From NCBI GenBank assembly GCA_000503875.1, contig CP006913.1, forward strand, positions 840,001-872,000: 32,000 nucleotides of DNA. The letters run 5' to 3'. The translations under genes were made by a program, and so were the position numbers. Positions 12,051-21,994 of this stretch are shown one piece after another (position 1 is the stretch's first letter; every line of letters begins with the position of its first letter). The DNA comes from Candidatus Saccharimonadota bacterium (lineage in GTDB: Bacteria; Patescibacteriota; Gracilibacteria; Absconditabacterales; Absconditicoccaceae). The notes under the pieces were generated by a model. The model was not told where the DNA came from, made no database searches, and worked only from the letters and a program-made list of their open reading frames with translations.

Positions 12051-12776
12051 ATGGAAGAATCTCTTCAACCAGTTTTACAAACAGTAGTTTGTCCGAAACC
12101 AAAGAAAAAAACAGGTAAACTTTCTATAAAATTAAATAAGAAAAATGAAGAGATGCTTTCGAAATGAATCAGAAAATATCTTAGACTTATAAAGATAGCC
12201 AACGAAAAAGCGCTCAATGAAAGTGATACAAGCAATGTAATCAATGATATGTTAAACGAGATTCGAGGATATGATAAAATGGAAGATATTACAACAGAAT
12301 ATAAAATAAGAAATCAATTTTGCGATTATTGAGTGAAGATAAATAATAAGCTTAATTTTTTGATAGAAGTTAAAGCAATAACAATCGATTTAAACGATAA
12401 TCACCTATTCCAAGCAAATAGTTATGCATCAACTAAATGAGTAAAACGAGTTGTATTAACAAATTTAAAAGAACGAAGAATTTACCATCTATCATTCGGC
12501 TCTAAAATAGACGACAAACTTGTCTTATCTATAGATTTTCTACAAGAAACACCAAAGGAAATACTAGAAAAAGCTAAATATTTACATAAAGAAAGTTTCA
12601 TTAAAAAACATATAGAACAAGTGTACCAACAAAAAATTGCGACCAGTAAAGATAATTTCAAGAAAGCATTATTAAGTAATTCTGTAATAAAAAAAATACA
12701 ATCAGAATTAAAAACAATTAGTGGGGTAAAAGTTCCAGAAACAGAAATTCAGAATATCATTAAATGATTATTTTAA
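12051..12776 (+). CDS. HsdR_N-like (type I restriction enzyme R N-terminal / PD-(D/E)xK nuclease fold) domain protein
   Basis: ATG 12051 to TAA 12774-12776 across 4 TGAs. No track ORF exists because of the splitting. Core ...ESDTSNVINDMLNEIRGY...FCDYGVKINNKLNFLIEVKA... matches the D...(E/Q)xK layout of HsdR_N/Mrr-like domains. Confidence 0.5.
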
Positions 12777-12793
12777 ACCAATAAAGATATGTT

Positions 12794-13510
12794 ATGCATC
12801 AACTTATAATCTGATGATCTACAGGAGATTTTTACAGAATTGATTCAACAAGAAATACCGACCAACAAATAGCAAAATACTTCATAACACCACAAACCTC
12901 TGCAATTGAAATAATGTTTCACGACGAAAACATTCTTGAGTGCGAAATAACGAAAACGTTTTTGAAACAAAATTTCTCTTTTTGTTCAGTACATGCCCCT
13001 ACATATCCCTATCAAGACGATGAAAATTCACATAGGATATTCCAATATCTACAAAATATCTGTTCAATACTACCTATCAAAAATATCATCATCCATCCAG
13101 ATCATGTCGTTGATCGAAATATTTTCAAAAAATATGATCTGCCTTTTTCCATAGAAAATATGGATGAAAGAAAGAAATCCGGCCAAGGAGTAGAAGACTT
13201 ATCAAAAATCTTCGAAAAAGCACCGAACATAAAATTCACTTTAGATCTTCAACATGCTTTTGTAAATGATCCAACAATGCAACTCGCCAAAGATCTTCAC
13301 GCAGCATTTGGAGACAGATTAGTCGAATATCATATTAGCTGATTTGACAAAGAACTTCTTCATTATCCGCTTTTCAAGACACAACAAAAAGAAATTGTTC
13401 ACGGAATTGAAAGATCAGATATTTCGCTAATTATCGAAAGTACATTTGATAAGGCTGACGAATTAGAGAAAGAGATTGAATATATCAAACAAATTATAAA
13501 AAATAACTAA
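12794..13510 (+). CDS. xylose isomerase-like TIM-barrel (sugar phosphate isomerase/epimerase / AP endonuclease 2 superfamily) protein
   Basis: ATG 12794 to TAA 13508-13510, extending track ORF 12914-13342 on both sides across TGAs (12812, 12815, 13340). Metal-ligand-like pattern VHAP...IIHPD...IENM...LDLQH...EYHISG. Confidence 0.5.
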
Positions 13511-13529
13511 TTTTATTTTTTCTATAATT

Positions 13530-14213
13530 ATGGAAAAATCTCTTACACTCAAAACTTCAGACAATCATGTTATCTACTGAACACTAAATTCAAAAAATAA
13601 ATCTGACAAACTTGTTATTTTCGTTCATGGACTAGGATGAAACCAAAACGAACATGTTTTTTTCAATGGAGCTAGATTCTTTAACAACAATTGATTTGAT
13701 ACATTCAGATTTGATCTTTATCCTTGAGAGAAATGAAGAAATTTAGTAGATTGTTGAATCACAACTCATACACAAGATTTAGAAGTAGTTATACAAGAAT
13801 TTATTTGAAAATATAAAGAAATATATCTTGTTGGTCATAGTCTAGGAGGACCTACTATTTTATTAGCAAACATTGAGAATATTAAGAAAATTATATTACG
13901 AGATTCTGTTTTGGATACCAAAAGACTTTATGATGATGAAATTAAATTCGACAAAGAAAGAAATTTATATACCGTAAACTGGTGAATAGACATAATCATC
14001 TGAGAAAAAATGGTGAAAGAGATGAAATCAATAGAAAATTTAAATCCAAAGTTAAATGAAAAATACAAAATAATTTACGCAGAAAAGACAGATTTAAAAA
14101 ATGATTTTAAAGCAAATATCGAGCATACAATAATAAATTCATCTCATTGCTTCAACGAAGAAGGTATTGAAGAAACTTTGTTTCAAGAAACATTAAATTG
14201 GTTTTTATCATAA
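13530..14213 (+). CDS. alpha/beta hydrolase
   Basis: ATG 13530 to TAA 14211-14213 across about 9 TGAs, including track ORF 14010-14213. VIFVHGLGGN (oxyanion region, one Gly is TGA) and the nucleophile elbow LVGHSLGG. Confidence 0.65.
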
Positions 14214-14222
14214 TTAGTCTTT

Positions 14223-14699
14223 ATGCTTCGAACACTTCCACCAATCATCAAAATATACGAAGCACTTGGTGCAATCGCAGACCAGAGAATTGAGCTGACT
14301 CAAGGACTTTTTGTTGAGGCAAAAGTTTATTCTTCGAGTAGAGAAAAATATTATACCGTTACGTACGATCAAGGAAACAATGCGATTATGCTCAATGACA
14401 ATGGTTCATATTGGAAAGGATATCTAGGTTATCCTGGAATAGCTGTTCTCTTACTAACAGGGATGTTACCACTCCAAAAAGGATATTCTGAAATACTCAA
14501 AGATATCCCTCGAAAAGAAATAAATACCAAAAATAACAATGATTTTGAAAAAACCCAACAACAAATCGACACAATGATCATCGAAAAATGATGAGATAGA
14601 GAAGCATTCCACAAATATATCCAGAATATAATTGATGAAATAACAAAAAAGCCATTATCTTATTTAGGAAAGAAAACACTTCCACCAAAAGGAAATTAG
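14223..14699 (+). CDS. hypothetical protein
   Basis: ATG 14223 to TAG 14697-14699. Track ORF 14223-14591 continues through two adjacent TGAs (14589, 14592). No family recognised with confidence. Confidence 0.5.
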
Positions 14700-14722
14700 T
14701 TTTATCTCTTCATAATTTTTTT

Positions 14723-15259
14723 ATGTCACATGAAGAATTAAGATTAGAAGAACCAAATCTATCGCATGAAAAGCAGCACCAAGAAATGCTTGAAGAATTT
14801 ATTAACGAAGAAGAAATCATTACGCCACGAACGATGAGGAAAAAACCGCATGAAGACTATCAACAATTTCTTCAAAGAACAAGAGATCGAAAACAAGGAA
14901 TAAATTTACCTGAGCAATGGGTTCCTGGATCACTATACTTTATTATAAATAAACAAGGAAAACTTGTAGGAGGCGTAAGTGTTCGTCATACATTAAATAA
15001 AGCCCTAGAAAGGTTATGAGGACATATAGGGTACGGCATCAGGCCAAGTGAAAGAAAAAAGGGATATGCAACACTAGCCCTTACATTAGCCCTCAGAAAA
15101 TGTAAAGAACTAGGTATCAAAAAAGCTATGGTGATCTGCAAAAAAGAAAATATAGGCTCAGCCAAAGTTATTCAAAAAAATTGAGGAATTTTGGAATCAG
15201 AATATGTATGTGAAGAGAACGAAAATATACCAACACAAAGACGATTCATTACTACATAA
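14723..15259 (+). CDS. GNAT-family N-acetyltransferase
   Basis: ATG 14723 to TAA 15257-15259. Track ORF 14723-15019 continues through TGAs. ...GGVSVRHTLNKALERLGGHIGYGIRPSERKKGYATLALTLAL...NIGSAKVIQKNGG... matches the acetyl-CoA-binding core of GNAT enzymes. Confidence 0.7.
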
Positions 15260-15263
15260 TAAA

Positions 15264-15291
15264 AAATCCCGTAAAACACGGGATTTTTTTT
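15264..15291. terminator. bidirectional intrinsic terminator
   Basis: AAATCCCG-TAAAACA-CGGGATTT hairpin with an A-run upstream and a T-run downstream, between convergent genes ending at 15259 (+) and 15303 (-). Confidence 0.7.
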
Positions 15292-15302
15292 AATAAACAA
15301 CA

Positions 15303-15830
15303 TTACCAATTCATTGTGTAAAGAATTCCGGTTGTTTTTGGTGTTTGTTTTACTCGTGCCATAAAAGCACCAGTTGGTTTAAACATATCAAATAAACCAA
15401 GGATAATTCCTTCATCAAAAGATTCCGGATAGGGAGTATTACACTCCATTTGCAACATTTTTGCGTTAGCGTCATAGGAAATCAATTTATAATATCCAAT
15501 TTCGCCTCCACGATGATTCGAATGATACGCTTGATCCAAAAGTTCGTAAGCCTCTTTCAAATTCTTTATCGGAGGAAACTTAGCATTTTTTGGAATAGCT
15601 TTTCCAATCATTTTCATATTGACTGGACCTAAAGACTGATTAATAGCTTCAAATGCGTCCAACCAGGCTTGCTGAGAATACCATTTACCTGGTGCTGGAT
15701 CAGAAATACCCTTTTTCTTCAATACTTCTAATTTAGAGTTTTTTGAAGAAGCCACAGCATTTACAAAGGCTAAAATGGTTTCCCCATTAACCTGTACATC
15801 TTTACTAGATGCCTTAAACTTTGTCATCAT
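15303..15830 (-). CDS. hypothetical protein (175 aa)
   Basis: Intact track ORF with ATG start and TAA stop. No in-frame TGA. No family recognised. Confidence 0.55.
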   Translation of the reverse strand: MMTKFKASSKDVQVNGETILAFVNAVASSKNSKLEVLKKKGISDPAPGKWYSQQAWLDAFEAINQSLGPVNMKMIGKAIPKNAKFPPIKNLKEAYELLDQAYHSNHRGGEIGYYKLISYDANAKMLQMECNTPYPESFDEGIILGLFDMFKPTGAFMARVKQTPKTTGILYTMNW

Positions 15831-15925
15831 ACGTTTTATTTTTATTTGTTAGTATTGATTTTTATTTGCGGAAGACTGAATATACAAAACTCAATAAGAA
15901 ATACAAGTATAAATCGAAATAGATA

Positions 15926-15953
15926 TTGACTTTTGTAATAATTTTTATATTAT
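15926..15953 (+). promoter_or_regulatory. sigma70-like promoter for the 15985 gene
   Basis: ATTGACTTTTGTA (-35 TTGACT 15926-15931), then TATATTAT (15946-15953), about 30 nt upstream of ATG 15985. The same extended box recurs on the minus strand at 21994-21967. Confidence 0.5.
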
Positions 15954-15984
15954 ACCTAGGTTTATATAATAATATATCGAATCT

Positions 15985-16896
15985 ATGATGAATACGATAA
16001 ACGTGTGTGAAAATAATGTTCTCACCAAAGAAACTTGGGATAAAATAATTAATCTATTAGTCAACAAAGCAAATCTAGATAGAAACTATGTATGAAAAAA
16101 TCGAAGGATATTAAAAACGAAAGAGTTAAAAGAAATATTTATATCTTTTGAAAAAAACTACGAAAAAATAAGAAAACATTTTAAAAACGGAGAATATACT
16201 TTTCCAGAAAATTTTGATGATTTCAAAAAAATATCTTTAGGTAAATGCCAAGAAAAATATTGAGATTATAAACATGATCTTTTTCAAGAATTATCAATAA
16301 ATAATAAAAAAGAATTTGCTTCACTTATAGACAAAGAAAAATTTTTATATCTTTGTTCGGAAACAAGTAGTACAGTTTGGGACAATCTTTTATGAGAAAT
16401 AGAAAACAAAGAAATATTGGCAAAATCATTAAATAAAGTTTCCAATAAAGAATTAAAAAATCTGATATACATCATAAACAATACGTTAAACGACAGCAAA
16501 AAAATCACAATAGTAATAGATAAATTATGAGATCAAATAAGCAATTTTTTGACAATGTACGACAAAGAAAATATAGTAAAATTAATCAAAAAAATGGAAA
16601 TAAAAGATATAAAACATTTTTTTGATATAAAAAATTATGGAAATAAGCAACTAGAAATAACCCTTTATATAGAGCATATAGAAAAAATAATTGATATTAT
16701 TCAATATATGTGATCTCAGGTATTTTTGGTTGCAACAGAAAATATTGATACAAAAATGCTTGCAGAATTAATAGATAGAACTGCAACCAAAGAACTTTGA
16801 AAAGCGCTATTAAATAGAAATAAAGTAGATGAACGAAAACCAGAAAATATAAAAGGAATAATTAAAGAAATAAATAGCAGTATAAATAAGAAGTAA
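15985..16896 (+). CDS. hypothetical protein (Lys/Glu/Asn-rich, helical)
   Basis: ATG 15985 to TAA 16894-16896 is one continuous frame with 6 in-frame TGAs. No track ORF on this strand because of the splitting. Track ORF 16284-16508(-) is antisense to it. Confidence 0.5.
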
Positions 16897-16957
16897 AGAC
16901 AATCCCTTGTTATTTAAACTTCTTTTTATATATACAACAAACCATAAATTGAATTAT

Positions 16958-17053
16958 ATGAAAAAAATTATTTATCACCCAACCTACATTTATGACCCAA
17001 TATTGGGAGCAAGAATGATTCTTGTAAAAATTGTATTACCTGAAACAAGATAA
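16958..17053 (+). CDS. possible 31-aa small ORF (MKKIIYHPTYIYDPILGARMILVKIVLPETR)
   Basis: ATG 16958 to TAA 17051-17053, ending exactly at the terminator hairpin. No further support. Confidence 0.2.
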   Translation: MKKIIYHPTYIYDPILGARMILVKIVLPETR

Positions 17054-17091
17054 AAAAGCCGGCGAATTGCCGGCTTTTTTCCTAAGAAAAA
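17052..17091. terminator. intrinsic terminator hairpin; copy 1 of a 40-nt direct repeat
   Basis: AAAAAAGCCGGC-GAATT-GCCGGCTTTTTT followed by CCTAAGAAAAA. Identical to 18800-18839 except for 3 loop positions. Confidence 0.7.
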
Positions 17092-17153
17092 ATTATCTCT
17101 TGAAATAGAATACAAAAAGGCTATTGGTGAGGCTTGTTGCTTTTTTATATAGT

Positions 17154-18800
17154 ATGAAAAATATGAAGAATATTATTAATCAAATCAAAAGTAATTGGAA
17201 ATCTGGATTAGTTGTAGCGATTGTTTCTATTCCTCTTTCAATTTCCTTAGCGATAGCCAGTTGAGCAACCCCACTTCAAGGATTAATCAGTGCCATATGG
17301 GCAATGGGATTGGCAGCACTATTTGCTTCAAGCCAGTACAATGTTTTTTGACCAGCAGGAGCTTTATCATGAATATTGTTGGCATTCACACTAACACATT
17401 GAGCTACGTATTTACCAATTATAGCAATCATAAGCTGATTACTATTGTTAGTTGCTTATTTCTCAAAATCCATCAGATATATTACATTAATTCCCGCTGC
17501 ATGACTTCAATGATTTCTTTTTGCCGTTGGATTGACCATTTTAGTTTCCCAAATTCCTGGCGGATTGGGTATCTCGATACCAACACATGAAAAAATATAT
17601 CTTAATATCATAGAAATTTTTAACAACCTATCAAGTATTAATCGAATAAGTTTTGGGGTATGTTTATCATGATTATGATTTCTGTTTTTTGCAAAAAAGA
17701 AGCGACCAAAAGTTCCTGGAGCAATTATATTATCACTACTAGGTATTGGAATCGGATTTGGGGTACATCAATGATGGTTTCCCAATATAGCATTACTAAG
17801 TAACAAATATCCAAATCTATCGTTCTGATTACGAGATTTTTCATATATACAAAACACAAAAGCACTTCTCTCCAATACAAATGCAATAACAGACATAGTA
17901 AAAATATCAGCAGTGATAGCAATTGTAACCATATTAGAGACAATAATTTCAGGAAAAATAGGTGAAAAAATGACTAAAGTCTGATTCAATAAAGATAAGG
18001 AAATTTTTGGTAATGCTATTGCAAATATCTGATCGGGATTAATGGGTGGAATTCCCGCTACAGCAGTATTAGTGAGAACGGCATTAAATATCAAATCATG
18101 AGCAACTTCCAAATATTCCCAATGATTAGCTGCCTTAACGGCTTTGGTAATATCAGCATTATTATTCAATAACGTTTTCACGCTGTTACCTATGAGTATT
18201 ATTGCAGCCATCCTGATTTTCATAGCAATTGGGATTATGGATTTTTCTATACTCAAGAAATTTTATACGTTTGAAAAAACATCCTTTTATCTGATTATTA
18301 TCACAATAGTTTGTTCAATAGTATTCGATACCATTACATGAATTTTGGTAGGAACATCTCTTACGTTATTGATTTTTATAGCAAGAACCACCTACACAGA
18401 ACCTCGTGTTACAATCTTTAGGAATAAACAATTCTTTACAAAAACAGATCTAACAAAATATATTACCCAACAACAATCTTGAGATATAATTATTATGAAA
18501 CTTGCAGGAGAGTTGAATTATCTCAATATAGATTATCAATTTACCGAGATGAAAAAAATAGTTTCATGAAGTGTTATGATTTTTTCTCTAGATCAACTTT
18601 CTGATATAGATATAGATGGATTAGAATATTTTGAAGATATCGTACATCACCTAGAAGGAAAAAAAGTAACAATGTATATCACCTGATGGAATAAATGAAT
18701 CAAAGAAATGTGTTTCAGAGTGCCTTCGCTAAAAAAGCTTAATGATAATGGACTTATCTACGATTCAAAATCAGAATTATTACAACATTTAGGAATCTAA
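17154..18800 (+). CDS. SulP-family anion transporter with C-terminal STAS domain
   Basis: ATG 17154 to TAA 18798-18800 in one frame with more than 20 in-frame TGAs. Includes track ORF 18144-18341; track ORFs 17195-17590(+) and 17768-18256(-) are off-frame or antisense. Motifs SIPLSISLAIASGATPLQGL, VFGPAGALS and GGIPATAVLVRTALN, then a STAS-like tail (IIIMKLAGELNYLN...). Confidence 0.8.
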
Positions 18801-18839
18801 AAAAAGCCGGCAGTTTGCCGGCTTTTTTCCTAAGAAAAA
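18800..18839. terminator. bidirectional intrinsic terminator; copy 2 of the 40-nt direct repeat
   Basis: AAAAAAGCCGGC-AGTTT-GCCGGCTTTTTT followed by CCTAAGAAAAA. The CTA at 18830-18832 is the TAG stop of tex on the minus strand. Confidence 0.7.
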
Positions 18840-21127
18840 CTAATATTTCCTTTCATACTTGTTTCTGGGATATTATCATCATCTTTTCCTCCTTTTGATC
18901 ATCCGATATCACGTTTTTTTTCTTCTGAAATTGCTTGTCTAACCTGTTGAGTACCTGCATCTGTTCCATCTTTCATAGTCAATGACACCTTTTCTCTTTC
19001 TGCATCTATATCAAGCACCTTCACTTTCACTCTTTGACCAACACTTACCACTTCTATCGGATTACTCACATAATGATTTGCCATCTGTGATTTATGAACC
19101 AGTCCATCACTGTGCAATCCAATATCTACAAACGCACCAAAATCAGTCACATTTCTTACAATTCCTTCCAAATCCATACCAATTTTGAGATCTTTTAATT
19201 CCAAAATATCAGATTTAAAACAAGGAACTTCCAGTTCATCACGAGGATCCAATCCTGGTCTTTGCAATTCTTTGATAACATCGATCATAGTTTCATATCC
19301 AATATCATATTTTTGAGCCCATTCTTTGATTTGATGATCAGCATATTTTTCTACTGCCATAGGCAAGGTTAATGCCTTCTTTTTGATTCCAAGTTCTGTT
19401 TCAAGAAAAGCATATACTTGTTTGTGGATTTCCGGGTGGATACCTGTTGCATCCAAAACCTCTTTTCCTCACTTGATTCTCAAGAATCCAATTGCCTGTT
19501 CATACGCTTTTGGACCAAGCCCTTTCACTTTCTTGAGTTGCGCTTTTGATTCGAAAGATCAGTTTTCATCTCTATACGTAACTACATTCTTCGCTACCGC
19601 TTCGCTAAGCCCTGCAATATATTGCAACAAAGTATAACTCGCTGTATTTACATCAACTCCCACGGCATTCACGACATCTTCTACCTTTTCATCTAGCTTT
19701 TCTTTGAGATATTTTTGGTCTACATCATGTTGATATTGCCCAACTCCAATCGCCTTAGGATCGATTTTTGTCAATTCCGCCAATGGATCTTGTACTCTAT
19801 GTGCAATACTAATTGCTCCTCTAATCGTTACATCCAAATCAGGATATTCATCTTGAGCAAGTTTAGACGCTGAATACACAGAAGCTCCAGATTCAGAAGT
19901 TATCATATATTTCACATCCAATTTATATTTTTTGATGAAATCATTTACCACCTTCTCAGATTCTCTCGAAGCCGTACCATTTCCGATCACTATTAAATCA
20001 ATTTTATAATCAGACACTAATTTCAATAAGGTCTGCCAACTTTCTTCAACTTTATTTTGTGGTTCGGTTGGATAAATAACGGTTTTTGCGAGGAATTTTC
20101 CTGTCTTATCGACAACTGCTAGCTTACATCATGTTCTAAACGCAGGATCAAATCCGAGCACGGTCATACCTTTAATCGGAGGCGTTAATAAGAGGTTCTT
20201 TAGATTTTCTCCAAACACTTTGATCGCAGCTTCATCAGATCGTCTTTTTTTGTCTGATCTGAGTTCTCTTTCCAATGATGGTAATAACAATCTATCCAAT
20301 CCATCTCTAATTGCTTCTTCCAAATACGAAACAGAGCTTTTTGCTTGTTTTGGCACAAAGAAACCAACTGCAGATTCCCATATTTTGAGGTCAGAAAGCG
20401 TTAATTTCAAAGAGAGTTGCTTTTCTTCTTCTGCTCTTGTCACCGCAAGGTACGCATAAGACGGCATTTCTCATAATTTTTTAGAATATTGTTTGTAAAT
20501 TCTATAGACTCCGTTGTCTTCAAAGGTCTTTGTTGCCTTGGTTTCCAAAACAGCATGCGTATCTTCCCATGTTTTAATATCATCTCTCAAATCAGCATGA
20601 TCAGATACATCTTCAGCCACAATATCCTTAGCTCCTTGAATAGCTTCTTTGATATCTTTCACAGAAGTCTTGGCGTCACCTGTATCTTTGATAAACTTCT
20701 CTGCTTCCGCTTCGAACTCCTCTTTGGTCAAATCGGCCTTCGCCAAAATCTTCGCTAACGGCTCAAGTCATTTTGCCTTGGCGATAGTTGCCTTAGTATT
20801 CTTCTTTTCTTTAAATGGACGATAAAGATCCTCAACTCTGGCCAAGGTCTCAGCTTCCATTATTTGTTTTCTAAGTTCATCAGTCATCAAGCCTTTTTCA
20901 TCGATCAAACGAATTACATCCGCCTTTCTCGCCTCCAAATTTTTGGTATAGGTATAAATATCATTAAAATCTCTAAGCTGCTCATCCGTCGCTCCCTTTG
21001 TCATTTCCTTACGATATCTGGCAATAAACGGTACCGTATTTCCCTCATTCAAAAGATCTATAATCGTCGTAATCACACCTCTTTCCATTCCCGTTTTGGA
21101 AACTATCAACCCGATCAAATCAGCCAT
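18830..21127 (-). CDS. tex: Tex-like transcription accessory protein (YqgF/HhH/S1 domains)
   Basis: ATG 21127 to TAG 18832-18830 (766 codons, one frame). Joins five track ORFs (20768-21127, 20471-20746, 20129-20467, 19559-20026, 18899-19456) across TGAs. N-terminal VPFIARYRKE, IVIGNGTASRE (YqgF-like), GLGPKAYEQAIGFLRI (HhH), and S1 domain GIVRNVTDFGAFVDIGLHSDGLVHKSQM. Confidence 0.9.
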
Positions 21128-21215
21128 TTTCTCTACTATATAAGGTAAAAATATTATTCAAAACACAACAAATCTGACTTTATCAAAACACGTTCAGATT
21201 GCAATTCAAAAATTT

Positions 21216-21243
21216 TTGACAAAAAATCGATTCTGGATATAAT
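21216..21243 (+). promoter_or_regulatory. near-consensus sigma70 promoter
   Basis: TTGACA (21216-21221), 16-nt spacer, TATAAT (21238-21243), about 50 nt upstream of ATG 21294. Confidence 0.6.
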
Positions 21244-21293
21244 TGGAATGGCATAACTAATTGTCAGGTTTTATTTTATATGACATAAAAAGT

Positions 21294-21560
21294 ATGATAG
21301 CTATCCAAGAAGAAATAATGACTGAGAATGGAGTAGAAGAACAAGAATCTAAAAAATTATCAAACAATTATGAAGATGAATTATTACAATCAATATTAAG
21401 AGACAACAGCGATGAATTTGAGCTACAAACAACTGAATCAAAAACTAATTTCAAGAAAGAATCAGAATATTTTAATGAAGAACAAACTGATTACAAAAAA
21501 ACTCGCAAACAAAGAAAGCAAAAGACTGATCAAAATCTAGCCGAGGTTTTCAAATATTAA
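21294..21560 (+). CDS. small acidic hypothetical protein (88 aa)
   Basis: Track ORF 21261-21560 (TTG start). The first ATG is 21294, downstream of the predicted promoter. Glu/Lys-rich, no family recognised. Stop is TAA. Confidence 0.45.
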   Translation: MIAIQEEIMTENGVEEQESKKLSNNYEDELLQSILRDNSDEFELQTTESKTNFKKESEYFNEEQTDYKKTRKQRKQKTDQNLAEVFKY

Positions 21561-21569
21561 ATTTTTTAT

Positions 21570-21960
21570 AAAAAATCCCCAGCGCATGCGCTGGGGCTTT
21601 AGTTAACATGATACATCATTCCCTTCCATATATGGGCGAGCCACATAAGGGGCGCCTCTTTCATCGAAGAAGGGATTTTTTTGGGGGCCCCAATGCACGG
21701 GGCAAATGTACCTCTACACAGAGGAATAGCCAAGACGGTTTGGCATCCAATTTTTTGTGCAGGGGTGTTTTTTTCGGAAATAAATTCTTCTTTTCGGGGT
21801 TTTTCCTTCTTAAGGAGATCCTCGAATCAAAATAATTAAATGCATCATACCGGTTGATTAAATAATTTTTTATGGTATATTTAAACTAAACCTGGACTCC
21901 GAACACGGAGCAAAACTTGATGTTTTATCATATACGCGAACCAATAATTTTTTATTGGCA
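21570..21960 (-). ncRNA. candidate structured non-coding RNA of unassigned class (~390 nt)
   Basis: A GC-rich island in an AT-rich genome with no credible ORF. Minus-strand promoter at 21994-21967 and terminator at 21596-21570. Hairpins in plus coordinates: 21620-21626/21669-21675, 21687-21703, 21711-21724, 21729-21744, 21897-21910, 21941-21958. An 11-bp long-range helix pairs 21608-21618 with 21918-21931. Confidence 0.45.
21577..21596. terminator. perfect 20-nt GC-rich palindrome, intrinsic terminator (best on the minus strand)
   Basis: CCCCAGCGCA/TGCGCTGGGG. On the minus strand it is followed by A+TTTTTT (21576-21570). On the plus strand it is followed only by CTTT. Confidence 0.7.
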
Positions 21961-21966
21961 GAGAAT

Positions 21967-21994
21967 AATATAATTATTTAGATACAAAAGTCAA
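21967..21994 (-). promoter_or_regulatory. sigma70-like promoter driving the candidate ncRNA
   Basis: The minus strand reads ATTGACTTTTGTA...TATATTAT: -35 TTGACT = 21994-21989, 16-nt spacer, -10 TATATT = 21972-21967. It is the same extended box as the promoter at 15926-15953. Confidence 0.45.

Noticed and set aside
15303-15830. Absence of any TGA codon in this 175-aa gene (12 Gly) as a sign of recent horizontal acquisition from a standard-code organism
   Set aside because: The sample is too small. ComF (26564-27286) also lacks TGA, and base composition and stop-codon use look native. A genome-wide codon analysis would be needed.
17195-18256. Track ORFs 17195-17590(+) and 17768-18256(-) as genes
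   Set aside because: Both overlap the SulP transporter reading frame (frame of 17154), one out of frame and one antisense. Neither has recognisable motifs, whereas the SulP frame carries the family motifs across its whole length.
21649-21800. Five GGGG runs on the plus strand as a G-quadruplex element
   Set aside because: The runs are 15-60 nt apart, too far for a canonical G4. Most pair with nearby CCCC runs in ordinary hairpins.
21608-21835. Track ORF of 75 aa (MIHHSLPYMGEPHKGRLFHRRRDFFGGPNARGK...) as a protein gene
   Set aside because: Its composition and codon choice (GGG, CCC, CGC-rich) are foreign to this genome. The sequence is low-complexity and overlaps dense hairpins. It is better explained as part of a structured RNA locus.
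21570-21960. Assigning the structured locus to RNase P RNA, tmRNA or SRP RNA
   Set aside because: RNase P: a P4-like pairing exists (GAGUCCAGG at about 21899-21891 with CUUGGCU at about 21735-21729, and UGGCU again at about 21644-21640). However, the GGAAAGUCC adenosines are missing, the two strands are only about 155 nt apart, and about 120 nt of structure follows the 3' strand, so the motif order does not fit. tmRNA: there is no GGGG 5' end, no GGUUCGAnUCC T-arm, no ...CCACCA and no Ala-rich tag ORF. SRP: the plus strand has GGAAUAGCCAAGAC resembling GGAAGCAGCCAAGGC, but the opposing strand and tetraloop do not match, and the promoter and terminator favour the other strand.
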